A stretch of 64,000 nt of DNA. It comes from Agriterribacter sp. GTDB taxonomy: Bacteria; Bacteroidota; Bacteroidia; Chitinophagales; Chitinophagaceae. The stretch lies in the NCBI GenBank assembly GCA_047600465.1, contig JASGKU010000004.1, positions 490,445 through 554,444 on the forward strand, written 5' to 3'. The notes below the pieces were generated by a model that was not told where the DNA came from, searched no databases, and saw only the letters and a program-made list of their open reading frames with translations. Both the position numbers and the translations under genes were made by a program. How positions within the stretch are numbered: the first letter of the stretch is position 1; each line of letters opens with the position of its first letter. Positions 41,706-53,754 of the stretch are shown here, piece by piece.

Positions 41706-44135
41706 ATGATACTCAAAAGAATATGCATTTGTTTACCCATATTGTTATGCACTATTGGTTTATTTGCGCAACCCAATAGTGGCTCCTTAAAAGGTATAAT
41801 AGTCACTAATGACAATAAGCCTGCTGCATCGGTAACCATTTTTATATTGGAGACAAGGAAGTCTGTGGTGGCTGATGACGAAGGAAAATTTATATCAAGA
41901 AATATACTGGCAGGCAATTATACAATAGAAGTTTCACTGACAGGTTATGAAACATTGAGAAAAACGGTAACTATCCAGCCGGGCAAAATAACAGACATTA
42001 ACCTTCAGTTGAAATTATCGGAAAAACAATTACAGGAGGTAATTGTTACTTCCAATAATAAATTTAAAAGCACCAAAAGTGACTATGTCAGTAAAATGCC
42101 GCTCAGCGCTCTTGAAAATCCTCAGTCCTACAGTACCATTACAAAAGACCTGATTAAAAGTCAAATATTGTTTACAGTCGATGAGGCTATGCGCAACGTT
42201 CCCGGGATGCAAAAAATGTGGGATGCGACCGGTCGTGCAGGTGATGGGGGCGCTTATTATGATTTACGAGGTTTCTCCATGCAGAATACCATGCGTAACG
42301 GACTTGCAAGTATGATTACTACCACTACCGATGCGGCCAACATAGAAAAAATAGAAATATTAAAAGGTCCTTCCGCTACTTTATATGGCAGCGCCTTGAC
42401 CTCTTACGGCGGGCTGATAAACAGGATTACGAAAAAACCTTATGACCATTTTGGCGGAGAAGTAAATCTTTCCGGCGGCAGTTACAAGTTTTTCCGTGGC
42501 AGTGCAGACATCAATACACCGATTGATAAGGACAAAGAAAATCCTGTTTCGTTTTAACGGTGCTTACAATACACAAGGAGGTTTTCAAAAAGTAACAGGC
42601 ACAGGGTATCGTTACTTTTTGGCGCCGAGCTTACTCATGAAACTGAATGATAGGCTCTCTATTTCATTAGACGCAGATCTTACTTACAGTAAAAGCGTGC
42701 CCAACCAGTTTATGTTTCTGTATTTCACAGCGGCAGATTTAGGGTTTGATAATGCAGGCGCAACTGGCTTAGATTACAAAAATTCTTATGCCGGGGTTAT
42801 CAATATGAAGTCACGCAGTTCCAATTATTTTGCCAATGGCATCTATAAAATATCCAATAAATTTACTTCCTCCACCAATATATCTTATAGCCGCAGTTGG
42901 TCAAACGGGCATAATCAATATTTTTTCCAGGTGCCTAACTATTTGGTTACGGGAGATCAGAACGATATTGGTACTCCTTCCGTTTATCTCGCGCGGGCAG
43001 ACCAATCGACCCGGCATTCACGCAACGATATTTTTGAGGTACAGCAATATTTTAATGGAGAGTTTAAGCTGGGATCCTTCCGTAACCGCGCGGTGTTTGG
43101 TCTGGATTACACTAACATCAATTCCAGGCAGAATTTTTTCAGTCAGCCCACCTATATAGATGTAGTACCAACTAATTTTCCAGGGTTTGATTATTCAACC
43201 TTCAACAATGAAATGATACAACATTTTTATGATACCGCAAATGCTGCTCTGGTACAGAGTTACCCTATTATAAGCAAAACCAATATTTACAGTGCCTTCG
43301 TTTCGGACGTATTGAACATTGCCCACAATCTTAACTTTCTTGCAGCTGTGCGCTTAGACCATTTTAAAAATAGGGATATTGCCTATGCAACATCTTACGA
43401 TCAAACAACCTTTTCGCCGAAATTTGGTTTGGTATATCAGCCTGTAAAAAACCAGGTATCGCTGTTTGCCAATTATCAAAACAGCTTTACTAACCAGGGA
43501 TCGTATATCGCAAATGTAGATGGTACCCTGGGTCCAAATTTGCAAAGCCAGCACATGCTAACCAGTGGGAGGCGGGTGTAAAAACCAATCTCATTAAAAA
43601 CAAGCTCACCGCCACACTTAGTTATTATGATATTAAAGTGAAGGATATGCTGCGCACCGACCCAAACGATCCTGCTAACGCACAAACACAGGACGGAACC
43701 CAGTTAAGCAAGGGTGTAGAACTTGAAGTTCTCAGCAATCCACTCAAAGGTTTCACCGTTTTGGGCGGCATAGCCTATAATGATTTCAGTTATGAAAATA
43801 CCAGTGATGATCAGGGAGGCTTTAAATATTCAGGTGCACCTTGGCTGGCAAACTGGTGGCTGAGTTATCAGTTTGATAATTCGTTGAAAGGTTTGCACAT
43901 CGGCTTTGGAGGAAATTATGCGAGCAGGAACGCTATACAAAAATCTGCGTCCACAGGTGAATTTTATCTACCTGCATATACGGTGCTGAATGCTTCCATT
44001 GGGTACGATTTTAAAAAAATCGGCGTCGCTTTGAAAGTAGATAATCTTAATAATGAACACTACTGGCAGGGATATACCACCTACAATCCGCAAATGCTGC
44101 GCCAGTTGGTAGGCAATGTTTCTTATAAGTTCTGA
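41706..44135 (+). pseudogene. TonB-dependent siderophore receptor, two frameshifts (~42535 and ~43535)
   Basis: CarboxypepD_reg N-domain, plug (ENPQS, IEILKGPSATLYG), barrel ending VSYKF, spread over three overlapping ORFs. Confidence 0.9.
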
Positions 44136-44219
44136 CAATGACATACATACATTAAGTAATTACTTTAAATGTTCCGGAATCAGGACCAGGCATTAGCAGT
44201 TAAAACACAAAACATTTCA

Positions 44220-45765
44220 ATGCAATTCAAGAGAACATACCGCCTTCAATGGGCAAAACACCAGAAAAGATGGTTTGGCAAATGGCATGTCTATCTTGGT
44301 ATTATTTCCGGCTTGATCATTTCGGTCATAGGGCTTACGGGAAGTATATTAACTTTCCAGGACGATATAGATGCTGCGCTTAATAGAAATCTTTTTGAAG
44401 TACGCAAAGACCGAACATAAGATTCCGCTGGAAGCTATTATCACCCAGGTAAAAGAAAAATATCCGTCATTGAAATTTGATTATGCTATGAATGAAAGCG
44501 ATGAGCCTGGAATGGCTTACCGGTTTTATGATTTCGCAACGGAACAGGAATTTTTTATTAATCCCTATACGGCCACATTGAGCGGCAAGCGGTTATATCA
44601 AAGTTCCTTCATCAGGGTGGTCACAAATATTCACACGTCGCTGCTGGTTCCGAAAGTTGGCACCTATATCACCGGTATATCCTCTCTTATTTTGCTTATT
44701 CTTACAATTTCTGGCTTGCGTCTTTGGATACCTCAAAAATGGAAACAATTGAAATCTATGTTAACTGTAAAATTCAGCGGAAGTTTTAAAAGGCAAAATT
44801 ATGACTGGCACAATGTGATTGGATTTTACTCATCACCGGTGGTGGCATTTTTATCTTTAACAGGTTTTTGCATCACTTTTTCAATCGTTATCATTCCGGT
44901 GCTTTTTACTTTAAGCGGCAAATCTCCACAAGGCATTGCGCAGATCTTCGATACTCATTCAGCATATACAAAAGAAGCTATAAAACTTTCCCCGCAACAA
45001 GCTGCTGTCTTGGCTTACCGGCAAATGCCAGGCAGCAGAATCGGCGGTCTCGCACTACCTGCTGACAGTGTTGGCACATACCGGTTTGATATGGTATCAC
45101 CCGGATTACCTGAAGACGGAAAAAGAGAAATGCTCATCATGGATCAGTATAGCGGGAAAATATTGTTGAACAGCCGAAAGGATTTTCCCCAAGTCGGCAA
45201 CGCTTACCTTGCATGGCTTACTCCGCTGCATTATGGGTCTTTTGGCGGACTGCCTACAAAAATACTCGCTTTTCTGGGTGGTCTTACGCCGCTGGCACTC
45301 CTGATTACGGGGTTTATCATCTGGTATCCACGCTGGCAAAAACAAAAAAGAATGGGTGATAAACAGCTTACGCAGACAGAGGATGAAACAATTCACTTCG
45401 CTATGCCAGCTATAGCCTATTCAAAAAAGATTTCGGTAATAAGCTATTTTTTGCAGCAATTGACATATGGGTTTAAATATGCTCTTTGGATATTATTAGT
45501 TACAGCGGTTATGGGCGTGTCATACGGTATTGTTTCAGGTATCATCGTGCAACCCGCCATATTTGGTATTGCCTATACTACTGTGCTGGTTGTAATTAAT
45601 TTTGTGATTGCTTTTTTGTGTTTCTTGTTCAATATCATTTTTTTGTCACCGTTCGGGAGAGGCAGCAGAATGCTTATAAGGTATTTTTCATTGTCGCTGG
45701 GCTTTTGTACTGTTTTTTTATTGTGCTATTTGCTATTAATGAATACAGGCATTCCTTTTTTTTGA
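44220..45765 (+). pseudogene. PepSY-associated TM protein, frameshift near 44415
   Basis: WHVYLGII, IHTSLL, DWHNVIG, LHYGSFGG; split into two ORFs. Confidence 0.85.
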
Positions 45766-45881
45766 TGACGGTTTTACTATACAATCAGCAATATTGTTAG
45801 AGCTTTACCCGTACTATTCTACTGCTAATGCCCGAAAACAAGTACATGTAGGTCTTAATTCATTTATGCTATCTTTAAAAT

Positions 45882-46495
45882 ATGATTTCTATCAGGCCAG
45901 TGGAGAACTGCGACGATTTAATTAAACCAAGGCGTATTATGAAATACGTTCTGATTTATTGTTCATCAGGCAGTCTGGTAACGGTAGTAGACGACAAAGA
46001 ATTTAACATTGCAGCATCACACCTAATTACAATAACATCCGGGCAATTTCATTATCTGAAGAAAATAGAAAATGCTAAAGGTTTTGTAACTGAATTCACT
46101 CTTGATTTCTTTGGTAAAAACGACAATGACATTGAACTGATTTTTCAAAATGGCTTATTCTGTCATTTTGCAATGAACGAAGTAATACAAGTCGACAAAT
46201 CTAGTATCGATTCACAACTGAAAATGATTGCAGAGGAGTTAAAGAAACAGCCTTATCAATACTTGATTTCCATCCGTAGCCGCATAGAACTAATACTCGT
46301 TGACATCAACAGAGCAAAGATTGATCGGGGAGACGAAGTATGGAAACCGGATGCGTTGTTCCTTAAATTTCTGGAAACTGTCCGCAGTAATTTTGAATAT
46401 AACTACTCTGTGAAACAATTTGCAAAAATGCTGAGCACTACAGAAATAAAATTGAATGAACTGGCGAAACTTCATGCCGGAAAAACAGTCCATAC
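45882..46495 (+). pseudogene. AraC-family regulator lacking its second HTH
   Basis: Cupin-like N-terminus; ends at LAKLHAGKT and then switches to unrelated sequence. Confidence 0.75.
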
Positions 46496-46675
46496 CACAA
46501 CCACCCGGGTGGTGAAGAAATTTTCATCCTGAACGGCGAAGCTATTCTGGAAGACATTACACTCTCAGAAGGAGATTATTTATATACTCCTCCTGGTTTT
46601 AAACACTCTGTTACTAGTAAAACGGGGTGTATTGTGTTACTCGTAATTCCTGAAGAAGTGGAAATTATAGAATAA
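46490..46675 (+). pseudogene. ChrR-like cupin C-terminal fragment
   Basis: HPGGEEIFILNGE...GDYLYTPPGFKHSV. Confidence 0.65.
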
Positions 46676-46722
46676 ATATTGAAAACACCTAAGTAACATT
46701 TTATAAACTTTAAAACATAAAA

Positions 46723-47073
46723 ATGGAAACCAATCAATTGGAAGGGTTTAATATATTCATGCAACAAAGATTGAAAGCTTCGACTGATTTTGTAGAAGGA
46801 AAATTCGAATCCTTAAAAGTAATATCGATCCAACAGCCACCCGCTACCATTTTTCCACCGATTGGTATTTGCATTAAAGGAATTGAAGAAGTAAATGCTT
46901 TTAATAAAAATGGAGCCGAGCATTTTTTGCCGGGTGCCAAAAACATCTTCGAAGTAATGCATCAGGAGGATGCCGATGAACACTTGGCATACTGGACAGG
47001 TATTCAACGGTCAGCGGTTAGGATGAAAGGTCGGCAGGAAGTTATTGAATTCAACTCACAAAAGCATAGGTAA
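46723..47073 (+). pseudogene. SnoaL/NTF2-like protein, C-terminally truncated
   Basis: PATIFPP.G...G.EEV...LAYWTGIQRS; ends abruptly. Confidence 0.6.
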
Positions 47074-47183
47074 CTCCAAACTATGAAAGCAATCCAAATT
47101 TCACCAATATATTTTAGAAGCTTTATGACATGATGATAGTCCAGGGATAAGCTTAGTGAAGGCTACATCTTCTCAACAACTGC

Positions 47184-47615
47184 TTAGTTGTTTTTCTTTT
47201 CTACCAGCGCTTTCCCACATTTAGGACATTTGCCTTCTTTATCAAGTGCCACGTCCGGATGCATGGGACACGTGTACAATTTTGTAACATCCGCTTTCAT
47301 TTGTTCTTTTACGGATAGTTGCATCGCCTTTCCGCATTTGGGACACTTGCCTGGATCATGACTGGTTACATCAACATGAACAGGGCATTTGTAATTTTTA
47401 GTGATGGATTCTTTGAACTGCTCCTTGGCAGAGAGCTTCATGTCCATGCCACACTTAGGACATTTGCCGGCTTTATCACTCATCACTTCTGGATGCATTG
47501 AACATGTATAATAACGGACATGAGTAATTGTATCCAACTTACCCGCTTTAGTTTGTGCAGAAACTACAGTTACGGCACAAAGAAATAATGAGCAGAATAA
47601 AATTATTTTGTTCAT
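47184..47615 (-). CDS. Secreted heavy-metal-binding repeat protein
   Basis: Signal peptide plus three Y(T/K)CxxHxxV...GKCPKCG repeats. Confidence 0.88.
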   Translation of the reverse strand: MNKIILFCSLFLCAVTVVSAQTKAGKLDTITHVRYYTCSMHPEVMSDKAGKCPKCGMDMKLSAKEQFKESITKNYKCPVHVDVTSHDPGKCPKCGKAMQLSVKEQMKADVTKLYTCPMHPDVALDKEGKCPKCGKALVEKKNN

Positions 47616-47975
47616 AGCTAATGATTTAAGATTATAATGACTGGAAATACATATTAAAAACAAAATTAGAGTGGGGTTAATACTTTTTAATTGTGTAATC
47701 TCAGGCAATGGACTGATTGTGATCAGTGTGGTTTTCTTTATGAATATTACACAGGCATATTTAACCAGTGACTGCCAAGTCAATTAGAGCATTCTAAATT
47801 AAACTAGGCAACCCTTAGCGCTAAGCAACGTTAAACAACAGATAACTGATGTGAGAACCTCGCAGCTCTTATCTCTTTGGTAAAAACAATACAACAAATC
47901 ACGCTTAACATGACGACAAAATAATTCTACTTCCAATCAGGATAAAATAAGGAAATTTGCAAAACTTCGCTAAAG

Positions 47976-48437
47976 ATGGATGAAGAAAAAAAGCCTACTT
48001 ATTTGCTTTCAGTTTTAAGCAACAGCTGCCCGCGGTGCAGAACCGGTAAGCTTTTCGTAAATAAAAATCCTTACAACCTTAAATCAGTTTTAAAAATGAA
48101 TAAAAACTGCTTTGTATGTGGTCAGCCAACAGAAATTGAAGTGGGCTTTTATTATGGAACAGCATATGTGAGCTATGCTTTAACTGTTGCATTTTGTTTT
48201 ACAACTTTTATCGCCTGGTGGGTGCTGATAGGATTTTCTGTAAAAGATGGTGATTACAGACTATTGTATTGGGGAATTATGAATGCAGTATTATTAATAG
48301 TGCTTCAACCATTATTTATGCGACTTTCTAGAAGTGTGTGGCTCTCGTGGTTTGTAAAATATGAGCCCGATTGGAAAAACAATCCTGTTTCTTCTGAAAG
48401 CGTTGAACGGATTGTACCGAACCAAATGAATGATTAG
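47976..48437 (+). CDS. DUF983 domain protein
   Basis: CPRCRTG.LF, C..CGQ..E.EVGFYYG..YVSYA. Confidence 0.85.
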   Translation: MDEEKKPTYLLSVLSNSCPRCRTGKLFVNKNPYNLKSVLKMNKNCFVCGQPTEIEVGFYYGTAYVSYALTVAFCFTTFIAWWVLIGFSVKDGDYRLLYWGIMNAVLLIVLQPLFMRLSRSVWLSWFVKYEPDWKNNPVSSESVERIVPNQMND

Positions 48438-48897
48438 TGGTACCTTGGTCTATTTTAGAAAAATAGAATTACATACGAAAAATTGATACTCTAGCCAGGG
48501 GCAAATATGGATACAAAAAATAACTACCTGCCATGCAGCAAGTAGTTTTGATTTCACGTTTATGTAATTTATGGAGTAGGTATGGCAATGATGGATAAGA
48601 ACGCGGGTCTTGATTGATTATTGTTAAATCCTTTACAAAAATCTACGTCACCAGTGGTAAAATTCCAGCAATTAATGAGAGCTTGTTTGTTTACGTCATG
48701 AAACTTGATATACGTGGTGCCCCCAGATTCATTTCAGCAACCATTACAATGTGCGGATACTTATCTGAGAGGTTTCTGGTTCTGTCTCATTAATGTATAA
48801 TTACTAAGGTGAGAATTGTGTTTTATCCATTTCAATTGTTCTTTTAGTGCCTTTAGTCTCTTTGTCAAAATTTTGAAATTCTTACTTAATGACTATT

Positions 48898-49581
48898 TTA
48901 TTTTTTCAATTGTTGCATCACCACTTTCGCCATTTCTTTTGAACTAAAAGGATTTTGCCCGGTGATCAAATTTCTGTCCACCACCACTTTGGATGTCATC
49001 GGAATAAGGGCCTTTTTGTAAATTACATTTCTCGCTTTAAGAGCGGCTTCAAGATTAAAAGGAACTTCCTTTTTTCGTCTTGCTATGGCTTCTTCAAACC
49101 AATCAAATCCTGTAATTTTCTTGTCTTTAATTAGAAGCTCGCCGTTAGAGAGTTTTACATTCAATAATCCACCAACACCATGGCAAATGGCAGCGACTAT
49201 TTTATTACTTTCATATTGTTCTTTAATAATTTTTTGGAGAGTAACGTCATTTGGAAAATCGTACATACTTGCATGCCCACCTGCAAGGTAAACGCAATCA
49301 AAGCTTAGTCGAGCAACTTCTTTTAGCGTTTTTGTTTGGAAAAGTAATCTCATAAATGCAGGGGTTGAGAAATACTTCATGGATGTTTTGTCAAGTACTA
49401 ATGGTTTCAAACTTTCGGGATCAATGGGGACTTCTCCTCCGTTCGGACTCGCAATCGTTATTTCAAATCCATTTTTTTTTGCAGCGTCATAAATGTGTGT
49501 TATCTCGCTTAACCATAATCCTGTCCTCAATTTACCACTTGCGTACTTGCTCACATTAGTTGCAATCAAAAGAATATTCAT
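48898..49581 (-). CDS. DJ-1/PfpI type 1 glutamine amidotransferase-like protein
   Basis: TGLWLSE, AGGH, AAICHG, LITGQNP.SS. Confidence 0.92.
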   Translation of the reverse strand: MNILLIATNVSKYASGKLRTGLWLSEITHIYDAAKKNGFEITIASPNGGEVPIDPESLKPLVLDKTSMKYFSTPAFMRLLFQTKTLKEVARLSFDCVYLAGGHASMYDFPNDVTLQKIIKEQYESNKIVAAICHGVGGLLNVKLSNGELLIKDKKITGFDWFEEAIARRKKEVPFNLEAALKARNVIYKKALIPMTSKVVVDRNLITGQNPFSSKEMAKVVMQQLKK

Positions 49582-49955
49582 AGCTACCTTATTGTCGGTT
49601 TATCGGCTGCCTAATACCACGTTCATACGTTGTAAATTTAAAATCTAAAAATCATTTTCCTCAAATGAATTTATATTTATCCCAGAGTAAGCATATTGAA
49701 ATAGGTTTCAAAATTCCTAAGCTTTTTAGATGTGCTGTTAGAATGGTGACTTTATATTCAATATCTATTATTTGCAAATTTGGTTTCGTTATATGAATTA
49801 ATTTCCTGGCGGTGGGAATATAATTCAGGCAAGCTAAATGCAAAAACGAACGGCTACCATTTCATTGATATTGGTCAAAGTCATATTATAAAAACAAAAA
49901 AAGCTGTAGCCTGTTTCCAATAATGCTTATTTTGGTACTTACTAAATTACCATGC

Positions 49956-50333
49956 ATGACTTATAATATTGCGGTAGCTATTATTGATGATTCCCTATTA
50001 TTCAGAAGCGCGTTGAAAGAAGTCTTGAAAATAATGGGATTCAATATTATTGCAGATGTGGAGAATGTTCAAGATCTCTTTGATGCATTGACAGCTACGA
50101 AGAAATCGCCAGACGTTTGCCTTGTTGATATTAAATTGACCGTTTTTGACCTGCATGAAACTTTAAAGAAAATAAGGTCCCGTTATCCAACTGTAAAAGT
50201 TCTTGGGATGACTATGTTGGATAATGAAATAAGTAGACGTAAAATAATAGAAGCAGGTGCAGATGGATGCATAGTAAAAACAGACCCAACTGAAGACTTA
50301 GAAAACCAAATACTAGAATTATTTAAGCAGTAA
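49956..50333 (+). CDS. Single-domain response regulator
   Basis: IIDDS, CLVDI, AGADGCIVK. Confidence 0.85.
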   Translation: MTYNIAVAIIDDSLLFRSALKEVLKIMGFNIIADVENVQDLFDALTATKKSPDVCLVDIKLTVFDLHETLKKIRSRYPTVKVLGMTMLDNEISRRKIIEAGADGCIVKTDPTEDLENQILELFKQ

Positions 50334-50954
50334 TATAAAAGAATTTAAAAGCACTCAATACAGTGGGCGCTAAATCTAAGATGTAAGATATTCCGTGTAA
50401 TAGTTAATCGTTAAAAAGTCAAAGTCTACAAATAAGATGCTGATCTATCAATCATCCAACATTTACTAAAAGAAGAGAATATTTGCATTTTAAATATATT
50501 CACTTGAGAGGGAAATGCTTACGTGTAAATATTCCGTCTAGCGTTACCCTTGTCAGAAATTGAGGGCTAATGTTAATTCTGCCCGAAAGGTTTTCGGATG
50601 CTTTTTTGAATGGATTGAAAATTGTTGGTCGTCAAGGCGATCAGGGTATGTTGTAAATTATTTTTCTAGTTTATATAGCTCTTGATCACAAGAAGGCATT
50701 TGCTAAAGGGAAAAATTAAACATACTTTTTTTTTAAAATGCAGGCTTCTCATTTGCAAATAAGAGATTCACATAACGAAGGTGCTAATTGTCAGGATAAA
50801 TCAGGATAAAGAAAAACTCTTTCTCTTGCTTTCGCGTACCAATGTTTTACAGGCAAGCCATCAGTATTATATTATTTTCTTACCCATCAAGTCATCTTCG
50901 CAAAACCTTCTAAAGATTCTACACACTATGATTAAACCCATTCCAGCCAGCATC

Positions 50955-51021
50955 AAGCCGTTTTCTTTTGCGCACTTTTCTTTTCCGGCGTTTGGGAAAA
51001 GAAAAGAGGTGATAGCAAAAA
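50955..51021. repeat. ~66-bp element, copy 1 (internal hairpin)
   Basis: AAGCCGTTTTCTTTTGCGCACTTTTCTTTTCCGGC is shared with 53256-53322; stem CTTTTCTTTTCC/GGAAAAGAAAAG. Confidence 0.85.
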
Positions 51022-51126
51022 ATCACACAGCTATATGGTTCATGTCATGCATCAAAAAGTGGACGATGCACTGGATGCCTTATTGAGTATACCGCGAACA
51101 AAAAATTAGAGAAGCAGGGTTAGATC

Positions 51127-51216
51127 TATTTTTGCGGTTTAGATAAAAAATTATGAACTTCATCATTGGGTTTTTCATAAGTTAGTTCGCCTGGGTAGTC
51201 TTGCTCAGGCGTTTTT
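51127..51216 (+). ncRNA. Putative mini sRNA unit
   Basis: TATTTTTG box, GGGTTTTTCATAAGTTAG motif, then GCCTGGGTA-GTCT-TGCTCAGGC and a T-tract. Confidence 0.45.
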
Positions 51217-51257
51217 ATAAACATACTAAAATAGTATACGATTGTTTTAATAAATAA

Positions 51258-51327
51258 TATCTTCGCTTCTTCATAAAAGGATAAGGTGTCATAAACACTT
51301 ATTTTCCCCTGTTTTTACAGGGGATTC
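51258..51327 (+). ncRNA. Putative mini sRNA unit (AAAGGATAAGG subtype)
   Basis: TATCTTCG box, CATAAAAGGATAAGG, CCCCTGT-TTTT-ACAGGGG. Confidence 0.35.
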
Positions 51328-51700
51328 TGTTTATGGATATGTATTCTTTGATTTTGGTCAGTAAGAAAGAACCATGATCCTGTAGTAATATGTTTCTAGA
51401 GATTAACAACGTCTGAATGTACAACCCTAACGTTCATCGAATCAAATACAGAGCTAAACAGGGTAAAGCGATATAGAGCGCGAATTCTGATGGCTTCACA
51501 CCGAAAATCAAAAATAATGGTAGCATTCTGCCCGGCTTTGTAAAACTCCTTTGATCCGTTCGTATTGCCTGTGCATTGCTTGAAATCTTTTATGAATGTT
51601 TCTGATCAAAGAAGTTGTTTTCATAGCATAATGCTGTCAGTGATTGGGCTTAGCATCGGGAACGGAATGTAAGCAAATGGCAATCTCTTTTACCGGTCTC

Positions 51701-51930
51701 TCAATTTAAATTCCTGTACGCATTAGGGGTCATACCCACTTTCTGTTTGAACAGTCGGGTAAACTGCTGCTGATATTTAAACCCTAGTTCTGTGGCAATA
51801 TCACTGATCGTTTTAGATCCGTCAAATATCCTCGTTTTAGCTTCATCAATTAGCTTGGATTGAATATAATCCAGGGCGGTATTGCCGGTCTCCTTTTTTA
51901 TGAGATCGCCAAAATAGTTGGACAATACAC
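51701..51930 (-). pseudogene. AraC C-terminal HTH fragment
   Basis: NYFGDLIKKETG...ISDIATELGFKYQQQFTRLFKQKVGMTP; no N-terminal domain. Confidence 0.8.
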
Positions 51931-52140
51931 TTACCAAACGGTAAGTATCCAATCAACCGTACTGATGCTGTATGCTAATAACAGGCGTAACGGTATCGGA
52001 TCATGTAAACGATACAAAAAGACAGAATAACAGCATCGGCACTTGAAAAATTGACATCAAAAATGTCAATTTTTCGCCGAAATAACTGGTTGGCACAAGA
52101 ACTGTTAGAACTTTTTTGAACCAAAAAAAGGAGGTTAATT

Positions 52141-52611
52141 ATGACAACTGCAATTGCAAAAAAACAAAATGGTAATCCATCTGTAAGTTTTGGAAATGTC
52201 GTTGACAACTTATTCCAGAATAGCTTACGTCGTTTCCTTGATGACAATTTCTGGGAATCCGATCTGCGTGTGTCAACGGGTAGTGTGCCGGTGAATGTGA
52301 GGGAGACCGAACAACAGTATGAACTGGATGTCGTAGCGCCAGGCTGTCGCAAGGAAGATTTCCAGTTGAACATCCAGGATAACCTGCTTACTATCGCTTT
52401 CCATCACAAAGAAGATAAACAGACTCAAGATCAGAAGGCGGGCTGGGTGCGAAACGAATACCTGCAACGTTCTTTCAGCAGAACATTCACACTTGATGAC
52501 ACCGTTGACGTAAGTAAGATCCAGGCAACTTATACCGATGGTATTCTGCGGCTCATCCTTCCTAAAAATGAGAAGGCAAAACAAATTTCCCGGAGGATAG
52601 AAATCAAATAA
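52141..52611 (+). CDS. Hsp20/alpha-crystallin small heat shock protein
   Basis: PVNVRE...APG..KEDF...SFSRTFTL...ATYTDGILRL.LPK. Confidence 0.95.
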   Translation: MTTAIAKKQNGNPSVSFGNVVDNLFQNSLRRFLDDNFWESDLRVSTGSVPVNVRETEQQYELDVVAPGCRKEDFQLNIQDNLLTIAFHHKEDKQTQDQKAGWVRNEYLQRSFSRTFTLDDTVDVSKIQATYTDGILRLILPKNEKAKQISRRIEIK

Positions 52612-52635
52612 AGAGCGAGGGATGACTATTTCGGG

Positions 52636-52670
52636 CAAAGGTGGGACAGATAAACTTCCCACCTTTGTTA
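52636..52670 (+). terminator. Hairpin after the Hsp20 gene
   Basis: CAAAGGTGGGA...TCCCACCTTTG stem. Confidence 0.6.
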
Positions 52671-52722
52671 TCCAAACGGTGAATTCGTGTTACTGACCTA
52701 TTCACTAGCTTAAAACAGGCTT

Positions 52723-53016
52723 ATGGAAACAAAATATTACATACTCCTAAGCATGAAGACGCCTGCCGGTCCGGAAAGTTTTGCCCAATTCTTTATCGGC
52801 AACAACCGGACTAAGGCGTATGCACTTTTCCAAAGCCTGAAGGGCACAACGAATGTGGATGAAAGAAATGTATTATATCTTGATTTTATGGAAATGCGTG
52901 ATGGACTTCCATTGAACCTGAAGCTGATTACATGTACCCTGGAGCAACTGGCAGAAAACTGTAAACTTATTACCAAAGAGGTTTTTAAAATGAATAATCT
53001 TGAAGGCGGGGCATAA
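52723..53016 (+). CDS. Hypothetical protein downstream of Hsp20
   Basis: Intact 97-aa ORF with a good start context. Confidence 0.7.
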   Translation: METKYYILLSMKTPAGPESFAQFFIGNNRTKAYALFQSLKGTTNVDERNVLYLDFMEMRDGLPLNLKLITCTLEQLAENCKLITKEVFKMNNLEGGA

Positions 53017-53040
53017 CGGATCGGGGATTGTAGCCGATGT

Positions 53041-53255
53041 TTATTTTTTCAATTGCTGTATCACCACCTTCGCCATTTTTTTAGAGCTAAATGGATATTT
53101 TCCGGTAATTAAGTTGCCGTCAATGACTACTTTTGAAGTCATAGGAATAAATGCTTTTTGATACACAACTTTTCTTTCCTTTAGCGCAGCTTTGAGGTTT
53201 AAAGGCACTTCTTTTTTTCGCATGGCAAGGCTTTCCTCAACCTGTCAAACCCGGT
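53041..53255 (-). pseudogene. C-terminal fragment of a second DJ-1/PfpI gene
   Basis: KKEVPLNLKAALKER...LITGKYPFSSK..AKVVIQQLKK parallels the end of 48898-49581. Confidence 0.85.
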
Positions 53256-53322
53256 AAGCCGTTTTCTTTTGCGCACTTTTCTTTTCCGGCATTTGAGAAA
53301 ATAAAAGCGGCGACAGCAAAAA
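53256..53322. repeat. ~66-bp element, copy 2
   Basis: First 35 bp identical to 50955-51021. Confidence 0.85.
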
Positions 53323-53369
53323 CGGGCAGCAAAAGAGTGCTACCCGGCAATAATAACGACGCTCATTTT

Positions 53370-53743
53370 CTATTTCTTCGAAAATCCCTGTTGCCTGATG
53401 TTCTTCAACCACTGGTTAGCAAAATGGCAGTGTCCTTTCTGCCAAGCTTTGATAATTGTGAACTTTCCGACTTCTATAGAAATACTTTCCTCATATAAAC
53501 CGAGATTATCCTGCGGGTACATTTGCGGATAGATGCCCACTAAATGAGATCGCCGTTTTGGGTGTAGTTATGACTAAGGCTGTAGAGATTAGCTGTTCCA
53601 CAGGGTGTGGGAATGTTATTACAGACACATTCTAAAGAAAGAGGCATAAATCCATCTGATAATAATTGTACATGCACTTCGCCCTTCAGTTGCTTAAGTA
53701 AGTGGCAAAATATTGTTGTTGCCTGTTGATTCAGTTTTTGCAT
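53370..53743 (-). pseudogene. DUF6908-like paralog with internal deletion
   Basis: Homologous to 6334-6777 but lacks the RDPEMCFF segment and stops after NGDLI; the C-terminal half persists downstream. Confidence 0.85.
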
Positions 53744-53754
53744 AATCCTTGTTT

